Below are positions 26,143 through 36,006 of a stretch of 63,933 nucleotides of DNA, piece by piece (within the stretch, counting starts at the first letter, position 1; each line of letters begins with the position of its first letter). Under the pieces are notes generated by a model. The model saw only the letters and a list, made by a program, of their open reading frames with translations, was not told where the DNA came from and made no database searches. The position numbers and the translations under genes are program-made. The stretch is from NCBI GenBank assembly GCA_046704045.1, contig JBJKSM010000109.1, positions 1 to 63,933 of the forward strand, in the 5' to 3' direction. Origin of the DNA: Thermodesulfovibrionales bacterium (lineage in GTDB: Bacteria > Nitrospirota > Thermodesulfovibrionia > Thermodesulfovibrionales > UBA6898).

Positions 26143-27420
26143 TTGGAACTTTTTAAAACACAAAAGAGAACGCCTCCCCTTGCCTGGAGGATGCAGCCGG
26201 AAGAGTTTGACGACTTCCTCGGCCAGTCGCACCTGCTCGGCCCTAACAAGCCCCTGCGGCGGCTCATCGAGGAAGACCGCATCGTCTCACTTATATTCTA
26301 CGGCCCGCCGGGTACGGGCAAAACTGCGCTCGCCCGCATCATCGCAAGGAAGACCAGCTCCGATTTTATTTCGATCAATGCCGTCACCGCCGGCATCAGG
26401 GAGATCAGGGAAGCGGTCGCGTCGGTACGGGGTGAAAAGACGATACTCTTTGTCGATGAAATCCACCGCTTCAACAAAGTGCAGCAGGACGCCCTGCTTC
26501 CTCATATCGAAACAGGTGAACTCACCCTTATCGGCGCGTCCACTCAAAACCCTTTCTTTGCCCTCGTGCCCGCCCTCTCATCGAGGTCGGTCATCTTCCA
26601 GTTCAACCCCATTGCAGAGGAAGACCTGAAGAAAATCCTGCGCAGGGCGCTTTCCGATAAACGCGGCCTCGGCGAATACGGCGTCGACATCGCCGTCGAC
26701 GCCGTCGATTTTATCGCGTCCCTCAGCGAAGGAGATGCCAGGAGGGCGCTCAATATCCTTGAGCTCTCGTTCCTGTCGTCCCTCGACGGCAGCAGCGGCA
26801 GATACGCGATCACCCTTGCACGCGTCAGGGAGGCGTTGCAGAACAAAACAATTTACTATGATGAGGACGACCACTACAACACCATCTCGGCCTTTATCAA
26901 AAGCATGCGCGGCTCCGATCCCGATGCCGCCCTCTATTGGCTGGCGAAGATGATCGAAGCGGGGGAAGATCCGCTCTTCATCGCCAGGAGGGTCGTCATA
27001 TGCGCATCCGAGGACGTGGGCAACGCGGACCCCCGTGCCCTCGTCGTTGCGGTCTCGGCGATGCAGGCGTTCGAGAAGATAGGCCTGCCCGAGGGCAGGA
27101 TCCCTCTTGCCCAGGCGGTCGTTTACGTGGCTGCCGCCCCGAAGAGCAACGCATCCTGCATGGCGCTCGAAAGGGCGACGGAAGCGGTCAGGAAAGAGCC
27201 TTTACAGCCCGTTCCCGAGCACCTCAGGGACGCGCACTACCCCGGCGCCGGCAGACTCGGCGCGGGCAAGGGATACCTTTATCCCCATAATTACGAAGGT
27301 CATTTCATACGGCAGGATTACATGGTGCAACCGAAATCTTTTTACTTCCCTTCTTCTGAAGGCTATGAAAGGGTTATCAAATCACGGCTACAAAAAAGGA
27401 GGACCACTTCAAATGGGTAA
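26143..27420 (+). CDS. rarA: Replication-associated recombination protein A (AAA+ ATPase)
   Basis: PLAWRMQP...F.GQ.HLLG, Walker A GPPGTGKT and a MgsA C-terminal domain pattern. TTG start. Confidence 0.93.
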   Translation: MELFKTQKRTPPLAWRMQPEEFDDFLGQSHLLGPNKPLRRLIEEDRIVSLIFYGPPGTGKTALARIIARKTSSDFISINAVTAGIREIREAVASVRGEKTILFVDEIHRFNKVQQDALLPHIETGELTLIGASTQNPFFALVPALSSRSVIFQFNPIAEEDLKKILRRALSDKRGLGEYGVDIAVDAVDFIASLSEGDARRALNILELSFLSSLDGSSGRYAITLARVREALQNKTIYYDEDDHYNTISAFIKSMRGSDPDAALYWLAKMIEAGEDPLFIARRVVICASEDVGNADPRALVVAVSAMQAFEKIGLPEGRIPLAQAVVYVAAAPKSNASCMALERATEAVRKEPLQPVPEHLRDAHYPGAGRLGAGKGYLYPHNYEGHFIRQDYMVQPKSFYFPSSEGYERVIKSRLQKRRTTSNG

Positions 27421-28975
27421 TATAGCGTATCTGGTCATTTCAATATGCGGCGGAATTGTGATCGGCCTGGTTCTGAGTATCATATACAAGGGCAGTCTGA
27501 AAAATCAGAAGGATTCCATTGAGATCGAAAGAAGAAAGATCACCGAAGAGGCGCAGAAAAACGCCGAATCTCTGAAAAAGGAGGCCTCGATCGAGGCAAA
27601 GGATATCGTTTATCAGGCCAAGACGGAGGCCGAGAAGGAATTAAGGGAACGACGCTCCGAGCTCAATCACTTCGAAAAAAGGTTGAGGCAGAAGGAAGAG
27701 TCTCTCGACAGGAAGTTCGACCAGATCGACAAACGCGACCATGAGCTTTCCCGCAGGGAAAAGGAATACACCGCAAAAGAACGTTCCATACAGGAAAAGG
27801 AGGGCCGCTTCAACCAGATGCTCAAGGAACAGTCTCAGGTGCTCGAAAACCTCTCCGGAATCTCCTCCGAAGAGGCGAAGCAGGAAATCCTGAGGCGAAC
27901 CGAGGAGGAGGCAAGGTTCGAGATCGCAAAACTTACAAAGAGGATAGAAGACGAGGCAAAGGAGACTGCCGAGAAAAAGGCAAAGGAGATCATCGGATTT
28001 GCCGTCCAGCGCTATTCAAGCGATTACGTCGCCGACGCGACGGTCTCGGCCGTGAACCTGCCGAACGACGAGATGAAGGGAAGGATCATCGGCCGGGAGG
28101 GAAGGAACATCAGGGCACTGGAAGCGGCTACGGGTGTGGACCTCATCGTCGACGACACACCGGAAATGGTCACCCTCTCCGCCTTCGACCCTGTGAGGCG
28201 TGAAGTCGCCCGGCTCTCCCTGGAACGCCTCATCGCCGACGGCCGCATACATCCCACGAGGATAGAAGAGGTCGTCGAAAAGGTAAAGAAGGAAGTCGAC
28301 GTCAATATCCGCGAAGAGGGGGAAAAGGCGGTCTTCGACCTGGGGCTTTCGGGCATTCACCCCGAGCTGATCAGGATTCTCGGTCGCCTCAAATACCGGT
28401 CTTCCTACGGTCAGAATATGCTGCAGCATTCCCGTGAAGTGGCCTTCATCGCAGGAATGATGGCATCCGAACTCGGAGTCGATACAAAGCTCGCCAAGAG
28501 GGCGGGCCTTCTCCACGACATCGGAAAGGCGGTAGACCACGAGACGGAGGGGACCCATCAGGAGATCGGTGCGAACCTCGCGAAAAAACACGGGGAGAAC
28601 AACAAGGTGGTGAACGCCATCCTCGTGCATCACGGCGAAGGAGACCCGATCACCGTAGAGGCAGCTCTTGTCGCAGCAGCAGACGCCCTTTCGGCAGCGC
28701 GACCGGGTGTGAGAAGGGAGAGCATCGAAAACTACCTGAAGCGGCTCGAAACGCTCGAACAGATGGCCCACTCCTTCAAGGGCGTCGACAAATGCTACGC
28801 CATCCAGGCGGGAAGAGAGATAAGGATCATCGTGAAGCCCGAGGACGTCAACGACGAAACGTCGTCGATGATCGCCAGGGAGATCTCGAAGAAGATAGAA
28901 TCGGAAATGAGCTATCCTGGACAGATCAAAGTGACGGTCATCAGGGAATCGAGATATGTGGAATATGCTAAATAA
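27413..28975 (+). CDS. rny: Ribonuclease Y
   Basis: N-terminal TM helix, a long coiled coil, a KH domain ([15 protein letters not shown]) and an HD domain (LLHDIGKA). The internal ATG at 27413 overlaps the rarA end. Confidence 0.93.
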   Translation: MGNIAYLVISICGGIVIGLVLSIIYKGSLKNQKDSIEIERRKITEEAQKNAESLKKEASIEAKDIVYQAKTEAEKELRERRSELNHFEKRLRQKEESLDRKFDQIDKRDHELSRREKEYTAKERSIQEKEGRFNQMLKEQSQVLENLSGISSEEAKQEILRRTEEEARFEIAKLTKRIEDEAKETAEKKAKEIIGFAVQRYSSDYVADATVSAVNLPNDEMKGRIIGREGRNIRALEAATGVDLIVDDTPEMVTLSAFDPVRREVARLSLERLIADGRIHPTRIEEVVEKVKKEVDVNIREEGEKAVFDLGLSGIHPELIRILGRLKYRSSYGQNMLQHSREVAFIAGMMASELGVDTKLAKRAGLLHDIGKAVDHETEGTHQEIGANLAKKHGENNKVVNAILVHHGEGDPITVEAALVAAADALSAARPGVRRESIENYLKRLETLEQMAHSFKGVDKCYAIQAGREIRIIVKPEDVNDETSSMIAREISKKIESEMSYPGQIKVTVIRESRYVEYAK

Positions 28976-28979
28976 GAAA

Positions 28980-29123
28980 GTGAAAAGTGAAAGGTGAATA
29001 GTGAAGAAAGAGAAGGTACAAAAAATATGAGAACATATGTCGCTTCCATGTATTGTTCGCTGTCCATGGTTCACGATTCACCGTTTCCTTTCCACTTTTC
29101 ATTCTTCACTTTTCACAATTTAC
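28980..29123. repeat. Heptad-periodic GTGAAnn array facing an nnTTCAC array (copy C, best developed)
   Basis: GTGAAAA GTGAAAG GTGAATA GTGAAGA (28980-29007) faces GGTTCAC GATTCAC ... TCTTCAC TTTTCAC AATTTAC (29068-29123). The outer 12 nt are perfectly complementary (28980-28991 with 29105-29116). It fills the rny-ymdB gap. Confidence 0.8.
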
Positions 29124-29124
29124 G

Positions 29125-29907
29125 ATGAAAGTTCTCTTTATCGGCGACATCGTCGGGAAGACCGGGAGGATGGCGGTCAGGACTCTTCTGCCGAACCTCG
29201 CGGACAAGTACAAGATCGACCTCGTCATCGCAAACGGCGAAAACATCGCCGGCGGGTTCGGTCTCACGGAGCCGCTTGTCTCGGAGCTTTTCAGGACGGG
29301 CGTGGACATCATCACAACGGGAAATCATGTTTGGGACAAGAAGGACTTTGTCCATTACATTGTGAAGGACAACCGCGTTTTAAGGCCGCTCAATTATCCT
29401 GCGGGCGTTCCGGGGCAGGGGAGCGTTGTCTACGCGCTGCGTAACGGCAGGAAAGTCGCGGTGCTTAACGTCATGGGACGTGTCTTCATGAACAGCCTCG
29501 ACTGTCCTTTCAGGACGACGAAGGCGGAAATCGAGCGCGTCTCGCAGGAGACGAAGGTGATTATCGTCGATTTCCATGCCGAAGCGACATCGGAGAAGGT
29601 GGCCTTCGGCTATTTTGTCGACGGCAGGGTGAGCGCCGTGGTCGGCACTCATACGCACGTTCAGACGGCGGATGAGAAGATACTGGCCAACGGCACCGCC
29701 TACATCACGGACGTTGGGATGACCGGACCGGCACACTCCGTGATCGGGATAGAGGTAAACCAGATAATACAGCGTTTTCTGACAAGCATGCCCGCCCGGT
29801 TCGAGACAGCGCCCGGTGAGGGGATCTTATCGGCCGTCGTAATTGAGATCGACGGCGATACCGGAAAGGCAACGGCTATCCAGCGGCTTCAGTTCACCTA
29901 TCCATAA
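29125..29907 (+). CDS. ymdB: YmdB-family metallophosphoesterase (TIGR00282-type, 2',3'-cyclic-nucleotide phosphodiesterase)
   Basis: MKVLFIGDIVGKTGR...ANGENIAGGFG start. The rny-ymdB gene pair is a conserved arrangement. Confidence 0.9.
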   Translation: MKVLFIGDIVGKTGRMAVRTLLPNLADKYKIDLVIANGENIAGGFGLTEPLVSELFRTGVDIITTGNHVWDKKDFVHYIVKDNRVLRPLNYPAGVPGQGSVVYALRNGRKVAVLNVMGRVFMNSLDCPFRTTKAEIERVSQETKVIIVDFHAEATSEKVAFGYFVDGRVSAVVGTHTHVQTADEKILANGTAYITDVGMTGPAHSVIGIEVNQIIQRFLTSMPARFETAPGEGILSAVVIEIDGDTGKATAIQRLQFTYP

Positions 29908-30015
29908 ACAGAAAAACTTCATAATTCTGAAAAGAGCATTTCACTGCAGAGGACGCGGAGGAAAATAAAGAACTCGGGTTAAAACAGGGTCTACCGAAAA
30001 TACTGAATCGCTTCT

Positions 30016-31800
30016 TTACTCTTCCACCACCACGTCGAGTTTGATATGAAGCTCCCGGAGCTGCTTCGGGTCGACCGTCGAGGGAGCGCCGGACATCATG
30101 CAGACCGCCTTCTGTGTCTTCGGAAAGGCGATCACGTCCCTGATCGACGTTGCACCCGCCATGAGCATCGTGAGCCTGTCGATGCCGAGGGCGATGCCCC
30201 CGTGGGGAGGCGCGCCGTACTGCAGCGCATCGAGGAGAAAGCCGAACTTGGTCCTCGCGTCATCGTCCGTAATCCCGAGCACCTCAAACATCTTCTTCTG
30301 CACCGCCTGTTTATGGATACGGATGCTCCCGCCGCCGATCTCATAACGGTTCAGAACGATATCGTACGCCTTCGCCTTGAGTGAAGCGAGCAGCTTCCCG
30401 TCGCCCACGTCGCCGGCAAGCATCTTTTCCACGTCTTCATCCATCGGCGAAGTAAAGGGATGATGCATCGCCTGGAACCTCCCCTCTTCCTCGTCCCATT
30501 CGAGGAGGGGGAAATCCGTCACCCAGACGAACCGGTATCCCGGCCTGATAAGATTGAGCCTTTTACCGAGCTCGAGCCGCATGCGGCTGAGCACGTCGTA
30601 CACCGCCTTCGCCGAATCGGCAACAAACATCATGAGATCGCCCTCTTCCGCACCCACCCTTTCGGCCATTTGTCTCATCACTTCTCCGGGAAAGAATTTC
30701 GCGATCGGCGATTCGAAGCCGCCCTTTACCTTTATCCAGGCCAGCCCCTTTGCCCCGAAAGACTGGGCCTCGGCGGTGAGATTGTCGATCTCCTTTCTCG
30801 ACAGGCCCGCCATTCCCTTGCCGTTTATAGCCTTCACCAGACCGCCGGACTGAAGAGCATCGAGAAACACCTTGAAGCTTCCCTTTGCTGCGAGGTCCGC
30901 CATGTCCTTCAGTTCGAGGCCGAACCTCATGTCCGGCTTATCGTTTCCGAACCTGTCCATCGACTCCCGGTAACTCAGCCGCTCGAAAGGCGTTTCGATG
31001 TCGACGTCGAGGACCTTCCTGAAAAGCGATTTCATCAGCCCTTCGATGAGGGAGATGACGTGTTCCCTGTCGACGAAGGACATCTCGAGATCCATCTGGG
31101 TGAATTCAGGCTGCCGGTCCGCCCGAAGGTCCTCGTCCCTGAAGCACTTCACGATCTGGAAATACCGTTCAAGCCCGGCGACCATCAGGATCTGTTTGAA
31201 GAGCTGCGGAGACTGCGGAAGGGCGTAAAAGTGGCCTGCGTTCAAGCGGCTGGGAACAAGGTAATCCCGCGCACCCTCGGGCGTTGACTTCGTGAGCATC
31301 GGGGTCTCCACTTCGAGGAAGCCCTTTTCGTCGAGAAAATCCCTCATCAGCTTCACCGCGCGGTGGCGCAGAATCAGGTTCTGCTGCATTTCGGGTCTCC
31401 TCAGGTCGAGGTATCTGTGTTTCAGCCTGAGCGCCTCGCCTGCATCGGCAGCCTCCTCCATGTTGTATGGCAGGGGCGCCGCCACGTTCAGGACCTCGAG
31501 CTCGCTGACGTACATCTCGGCCATGCCCGTGGGAAGGGCGGGGTTCTCCGTACCCTCCGGTCTCTTCCTGATCCCTCCCGCGACCGCTATCACATACTCG
31601 GCCCGGATGTCGTGCGCCCTCTCATGGGCGCCGGCGGCAACGTCGGGACTGAAAACCACCTGACATACGCCGCTTCTGTCCCTGAGGTCGATGAATATGA
31701 GCCCGCCGTGATCCCTTCTTCTGAAGACCCACCCTGAGAGCCTGAGCAGGGAGCCGATGTCGGATTCCCTGATATCACCGCATCCTTTATCGCGAATCAT
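30016..31800 (-). CDS. aspS: Aspartate--tRNA ligase (bacterial type)
   Basis: 594 aa. OB-fold start GW....RDHGGLIFIDLRD, class II motifs and a GAD insertion domain. Confidence 0.95.
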   Translation of the reverse strand: MIRDKGCGDIRESDIGSLLRLSGWVFRRRDHGGLIFIDLRDRSGVCQVVFSPDVAAGAHERAHDIRAEYVIAVAGGIRKRPEGTENPALPTGMAEMYVSELEVLNVAAPLPYNMEEAADAGEALRLKHRYLDLRRPEMQQNLILRHRAVKLMRDFLDEKGFLEVETPMLTKSTPEGARDYLVPSRLNAGHFYALPQSPQLFKQILMVAGLERYFQIVKCFRDEDLRADRQPEFTQMDLEMSFVDREHVISLIEGLMKSLFRKVLDVDIETPFERLSYRESMDRFGNDKPDMRFGLELKDMADLAAKGSFKVFLDALQSGGLVKAINGKGMAGLSRKEIDNLTAEAQSFGAKGLAWIKVKGGFESPIAKFFPGEVMRQMAERVGAEEGDLMMFVADSAKAVYDVLSRMRLELGKRLNLIRPGYRFVWVTDFPLLEWDEEEGRFQAMHHPFTSPMDEDVEKMLAGDVGDGKLLASLKAKAYDIVLNRYEIGGGSIRIHKQAVQKKMFEVLGITDDDARTKFGFLLDALQYGAPPHGGIALGIDRLTMLMAGATSIRDVIAFPKTQKAVCMMSGAPSTVDPKQLRELHIKLDVVVEE

Positions 31801-32528
31801 GCTGCCTCCCCTGTATCGAGTTCGTCAATGATCGTCCTCATCTCTTCCGGAGTAATGCGCCGGAGCATTCCGGGTTTCAGGTCTCCCATTTCGAGTCCGT
31901 CGATCCTTATCCTCATCAACCGCATTACGGGATGCCCCACCCGTTCGAGCATCCTCCTGATCTGGCGCTTCTTACCTTCATGGATCGTCATCTCGACCCA
32001 GGAGTTCTGTTCCGTCTTTCTCAGCCGTTTCACCCTGGCGGGAGCGGTAACGCTCCTGTCGAGCCTTATCCCTCTTCGCAGCTTTTCCAGTTCATCTTCC
32101 TCAAGCACGCCCTTCACCTTCACGAGGTAAGTCTTCGGTATCTTTTTGGACGGATGCATGATCGCATGGGCGAAATCCCCGTCGTTCGTGAGGATGAGCA
32201 TCCCTTCGGAGTCGTAATCGAGCCTCCCGACAGGAAATACCCGTTCCTTTATGCCGCGAAGGAAATCATTCACCGTCGGCCTTCCCTCGGGGTCGCTCAG
32301 AGAGGTGACCACTCCCCTCGGCTTGTGGAAGATAAAGTACACCTTCCTTTCGGGGGTGACCAGAAGCTTCCCGTCGACCTTGATGTGGTCTCTCGACGGG
32401 TCGGCCTTCATACCGATGACCGCAACCGTCCCGTTCACCTTCACCCTTCCCTCAGCGATCAATTCCTCGGCCTTTCTGCGCGAAGCAACGCCCATCCCGG
32501 CTATTATTTTCTGGAGACGCTGTTCCAT
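31797..32528 (-). CDS. rluB: Pseudouridine synthase, RsuA/RluB family
   Basis: S4 domain (RLQKIIAGMGVASRRKAEELI.EGRV.VNG) and the catalytic motif GRLDYDSEG. Start at the internal ATG 32528. Confidence 0.85.
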   Translation of the reverse strand: MEQRLQKIIAGMGVASRRKAEELIAEGRVKVNGTVAVIGMKADPSRDHIKVDGKLLVTPERKVYFIFHKPRGVVTSLSDPEGRPTVNDFLRGIKERVFPVGRLDYDSEGMLILTNDGDFAHAIMHPSKKIPKTYLVKVKGVLEEDELEKLRRGIRLDRSVTAPARVKRLRKTEQNSWVEMTIHEGKKRQIRRMLERVGHPVMRLMRIRIDGLEMGDLKPGMLRRITPEEMRTIIDELDTGEAA

Positions 32529-32592
32529 AAGATATAAATAATACCATAAACGCCGCGCAAACGGCTTCGCTTTCGCCGGAAACAAAAGATAA

Positions 32593-32746
32593 CACCGCAG
32601 AGACGCAGAGAGCGTCAGAACTGTAAATATATACTGAGGGGCGGCAATATACAAACCGCCAAGGGAGAGCCCTTATTTTATTTCCGGCCTCTCACCGGAA
32701 ATAAAATTCACTTGATTTCTGCGAACTCTGCGTCTCAGCGATGAAA
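32593..32746. repeat. MITE-like element: GAGACGCAGAG inverted repeats flanking a 12-bp hairpin
   Basis: CACCGCAGAGACGCAGAGAGCG (32593-32614) against the reverse complement of TTCTGCGAACTCTGCGTCTCAGCG (32717-32740). The internal perfect hairpin is TTTTATTTCCGG / CCGGAAATAAAA (32676-32706). A related CACTGCAGAGGACGCGGAGG occurs at 29942-29961. Confidence 0.5.
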
Positions 32747-32787
32747 TGTTTTTTGGTTCCTCCGTTACTGAGTCAGGGGAAAATCAC

Positions 32788-33789
32788 TCACCGCGACAAC
32801 GGTCGCAGCACTCTCCAGGCGTTGGTAAATATCGAATCAGGAAGCCCGAGATCTCTTGCTGCTTCGTATCGTTCGTCAATGGGGTTGCACTTTTCATAAC
32901 GGGATGACCGTTCCCCGCCCGCCTGAACAAGCGCTTCCCTTGTCGCGTGCGAGAAGGGAAAATCGCTTCCATAAACGATCCTGTCCGCTACGAAACCGCT
33001 GCGTGCGATCTCTGTCATTATCCTTTCCGGATGGAATAATCTCCCGGGCGTGAACAGGCATGAGACATCGGCGTAAAAGTCCCACTTCCTCTCTTCCGAG
33101 GCCGAGAGCATTTCCATGAGTTCATCGGCATGAGCGTTGCCGGTCGCAATCACCTTCACGCCTATGTCGAGGGCCTTCACCATTTTTTTCAGACTTCCGG
33201 TTTTCACCGTCTTCGCATCCGCGGACATTACTGCGAAGTCCGTTCCCGTGTGGCAAAGAAGAGGCACCCCCTCCCTCGCAAGACGGATGTAAAAAGGGAT
33301 ACATCTGTCATCCTCCGGGTCTATCTGCTGAATACGGGGCATCCAGTGGAAAAGAACCGCTCCCCCATCGAGACACCGATCGACCTCCCTTAACATTTCC
33401 CTCTTGTCCCTGTACGGGTGGACCGAGGCGCCGAAAAGCACCCGCCCGTTTTCGCGTGCGATCCGCGCGACGTAGTCGTTGGACGCCGCCAGATGGGTTT
33501 CCGCCTCCATGAGTCTGCTGTTTTTATACACTCCGTCCATTGAAAGCAGGACAGACCGCTCGATCTTTTCAGACGAATTGACAAAATCGAGGATGACTTC
33601 CTCGATCATCCCGTGGTCAGCCTCAAACGCCTCAATATCGAGTGACTCAAGCATCGAAGAGAAGACGGGACCGGAAACAAATCCAGCCGACAGCCGGCAG
33701 CAGTCTCCCTGGCCTCCGGCGCCCACAGCATGTATGTGTATATCGACTTTTTTTCCAGGCATGTCAAGTGCTTCCACTGATTTACTCAT
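32788..33789 (-). CDS. Amidohydrolase-family metal-dependent hydrolase (TIM barrel)
   Basis: DIHIHA N-terminal metal-binding motif with downstream H and D positions typical of Amidohydro_2-like proteins. 333 aa. The start overlaps the upstream HTH ORF stop. Confidence 0.7.
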   Translation of the reverse strand: MSKSVEALDMPGKKVDIHIHAVGAGGQGDCCRLSAGFVSGPVFSSMLESLDIEAFEADHGMIEEVILDFVNSSEKIERSVLLSMDGVYKNSRLMEAETHLAASNDYVARIARENGRVLFGASVHPYRDKREMLREVDRCLDGGAVLFHWMPRIQQIDPEDDRCIPFYIRLAREGVPLLCHTGTDFAVMSADAKTVKTGSLKKMVKALDIGVKVIATGNAHADELMEMLSASEERKWDFYADVSCLFTPGRLFHPERIMTEIARSGFVADRIVYGSDFPFSHATREALVQAGGERSSRYEKCNPIDERYEAARDLGLPDSIFTNAWRVLRPLSR

Positions 33790-34450
33790 CGTCCGGGAGT
33801 TCCAGATTCACGGCTTCCGACACTGCCTGCAGCCTGCTTGTTACATCCAGTTTTTTCATTATGTTATTGACGTGATAGTTGACAGTTCTCTCGCTTATCC
33901 CCATGATCACGGATATGTCCCAGGATGTCTTTCCGAGTCTCAGCCATTTCAGCACTTCCCGTTCTCTCGGCGAAAGAGAAAAGGATTTCATCAATCGGTC
34001 CCCTTTGCTGCGTAAAGGTTCAGGAACCTCCACGCATCAACGGCGGGGTAATGCCGAGCGCCCCAATCGCTGCAAGAAGCTGCCCGAGGTCAATCGGCTT
34101 GTCATAATAGTGATACGCCCCCGCCTGTATGCATCTTCCCTGATCTCGTCCGAGCCGAACGCGGTCATAATGACGACCGGTGTCCGGGGACTCGACTCCT
34201 TGATGAAGCTGATCAACTCCAGCCCTTCCCTTCATTCCGACCAGCCGCACATCGGCGATCACCAGGTCGAATGAATGCTCAAGGAGCGCATCACCGGCAG
34301 CCTCCATGTTATCCACTGCGATAACCGTGTTTCCCCCGCATCGAGCAGGCGGGAGAGCGCCAGCAGAATCGTAGGCTCATCGTCCACGATCAGTATTTTT
34401 TTCCCGGCATTTGTTGTGCCGGGCCCCCCTCCGTTCAGGCATGCAGACAT
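33782..34450 (-). pseudogene. NarL/FixJ-type response regulator (REC + LuxR HTH) broken by about four frameshifts
   Basis: The REC sequence KKILIVDDEPTILLALSRLLDAG / GNTVIAVDNMEAAGDALLEHSFDLVIADVRLVGMKGR / GLELISFIKESSPRTPVVIMTAFGSDEIREDAYRRG / AYHYYDKPIDLGQLL can only be read by switching frames. Two switches fall at C5 runs (34333-34337 and 34118-34122). The LuxR HTH (SPREREVLKWL...SERTVNYHVNNIMKKL) lies in the 33782-34033 ORF. Confidence 0.75.
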
Positions 34451-34464
34451 CGCATCTCAGTGGA

Positions 34465-34480
34465 AGCAAGAGGGATGCCA
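34465..34480 (-). promoter_or_regulatory. Sigma-54 (-24/-12) promoter
   Basis: The minus strand reads TGGCAT-CCCTC-TTGCT with GG-N10-GC spacing, against the consensus TGGCAC-N5-TTGCW. It lies immediately upstream of the broken response regulator. Confidence 0.7.
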
Positions 34481-34555
34481 CGAAAGAGAAGCAACGACAA
34501 CTCCCTGATATTTCACGGTTCCAGGGCAGGCGGGACCTTCGATGCGGAGGACTGA

Positions 34556-34591
34556 TGTATAAACTTTACACAATTGTGATTTTTTTATACA
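34556..34591. promoter_or_regulatory. 36-bp palindrome, candidate enhancer (UAS) for the adjacent sigma-54 activator
   Basis: TGTATAAA-CTTTA-CACAATTGTG-ATTTT-TTTATACA. It sits about 75-125 nt upstream of the sigma-54 promoter. Confidence 0.5.
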
Positions 34592-34621
34592 GCCGGAGGA
34601 CGCCCCATGCCGAACAGGATC

Positions 34622-35986
34622 TCATTTACTCGGATGTTCGCCTCTGACGTCATATTCCTTGATCTTGTCGTAAAGGTTCTTGTAGCTTATGTCGAGCAAT
34701 TTGGCGGCCCTTGTAATGTTACCCTTCGTTTTGTCGAGGGCCTCGCGTATGATCTTCTTTTCCAGCTCCTTCACCGCCTCCTTGAGAGGGGAAAAGGCCG
34801 AAGATGAGCATTTGTCAGCACAATGCTCGGCGATGAGCAATGCGACGCATTCCCGCTCTATGATATCCTCTTCCGTCAGAAGGGCGGCCCTTCTCATCAC
34901 ATTTTTAAGTTCACGCAGGTTGCCCGGCCAGGAATGGGCCGTTAGAAGGGCGGCCGCATCATCCGCTATTCCCCTGATCTGCTTGTTCAGCTCCGTCGCG
35001 GCCTCGAAGAGGAACCGCTGTGCAAAAAGCGGGATGTCGTCTGTCCGCTCCCTCAGCGGCGGGAGCGTGATGATGAATTCACCCAGCCGGTAAAAGAGGT
35101 CTTCCCTGAACTCCTTGGTCTTCACGCACGCCTTTATATCCTTGTTCGTGGCGGCTATGATACGGACGTCAAGGGCAACAGGCGTCGTCCCGCCGAGAGG
35201 GTATATCTTTTTCTGCTCTATGAAGCTGAGCATCTTAGCCTGAACATGCAGAGACATGTTTTCAAGCTCGTCTATGAATATAGTGCCCCGGTTCGCGGTC
35301 TCGAAATATCCGACCTTGTCACGCTCGGCCCCGGTAAAGGCCCCTTTTTTGTAACCGAACAGTTCGCTCTCGACGAGGTGATCGGGAATAAGGCCGATGT
35401 CGACGCTCACAAAAGGTTTATCGGAGCGCATGCTCAGTGCCTGAATCGCCTCGGCCGCGACGGACTTTCCGGTCCCCGTTTCACCCTGAATGATCACTGA
35501 AAAGTCCGTTCCCGCTACCTGCCGCATCTGGCCGATAACGGTCTTGATGGCGGCGCTTTTCCCGAATTTAAGCTCGAGGGACGATGCAAGAGCAGTGTTA
35601 GCCCTCTCCACCTCTCGTTCGAGGCTCTGTCTTTCGATCGCCCTTCTCAGCGTAATGATCAGCCTGTCGAACTCCGGCGGCTTCGAGACAAAATCGTACG
35701 CGCCGCACTTGATTGCTTCCACAGCAGTGGGTATGTCGCCGTGGCCGGTGAGTATAATGACGGGAACGGTCGGGTCTATTTTTTTGAACTCCTTCATGGT
35801 TTCCAGTCCGTCCATGTGAGGCATCTTCAGATCGATGAGTACGGCGTCGGGAACATCCGCCCTGAACAGTTTCAACGCGCTCAGCCCGTCCCGCGCCTCG
35901 CCCACTGAAAATCCCGCGTCGGTCAGCACTTCCCTGACGATCAGCCTCAAATCTTCTTCATCATCTACGACAAGTATCTTTTCCAT
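34622..35986 (-). CDS. Sigma-54-dependent response regulator (NtrC family: REC + AAA+ + Fis-type HTH)
   Basis: REC domain (ILVVDDEEDLR...D.V.IDLKMP), Walker A GETGTGKS, GAFTGA loop, and the C-terminal HTH GNITRAAKLLDISYKNLYDKIK. Confidence 0.92.
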   Translation of the reverse strand: MEKILVVDDEEDLRLIVREVLTDAGFSVGEARDGLSALKLFRADVPDAVLIDLKMPHMDGLETMKEFKKIDPTVPVIILTGHGDIPTAVEAIKCGAYDFVSKPPEFDRLIITLRRAIERQSLEREVERANTALASSLELKFGKSAAIKTVIGQMRQVAGTDFSVIIQGETGTGKSVAAEAIQALSMRSDKPFVSVDIGLIPDHLVESELFGYKKGAFTGAERDKVGYFETANRGTIFIDELENMSLHVQAKMLSFIEQKKIYPLGGTTPVALDVRIIAATNKDIKACVKTKEFREDLFYRLGEFIITLPPLRERTDDIPLFAQRFLFEAATELNKQIRGIADDAAALLTAHSWPGNLRELKNVMRRAALLTEEDIIERECVALLIAEHCADKCSSSAFSPLKEAVKELEKKIIREALDKTKGNITRAAKLLDISYKNLYDKIKEYDVRGEHPSK

Positions 35987-36006
35987 GCCGGCACTCCTGA
36001 TGTTAT

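Noticed and set aside
28980-29123. The heptad repeat arrays as a CRISPR array.
   Set aside because: The repeat unit is 7 nt with no unique spacers, the arrays are under 60 nt long, and no cas genes are present.
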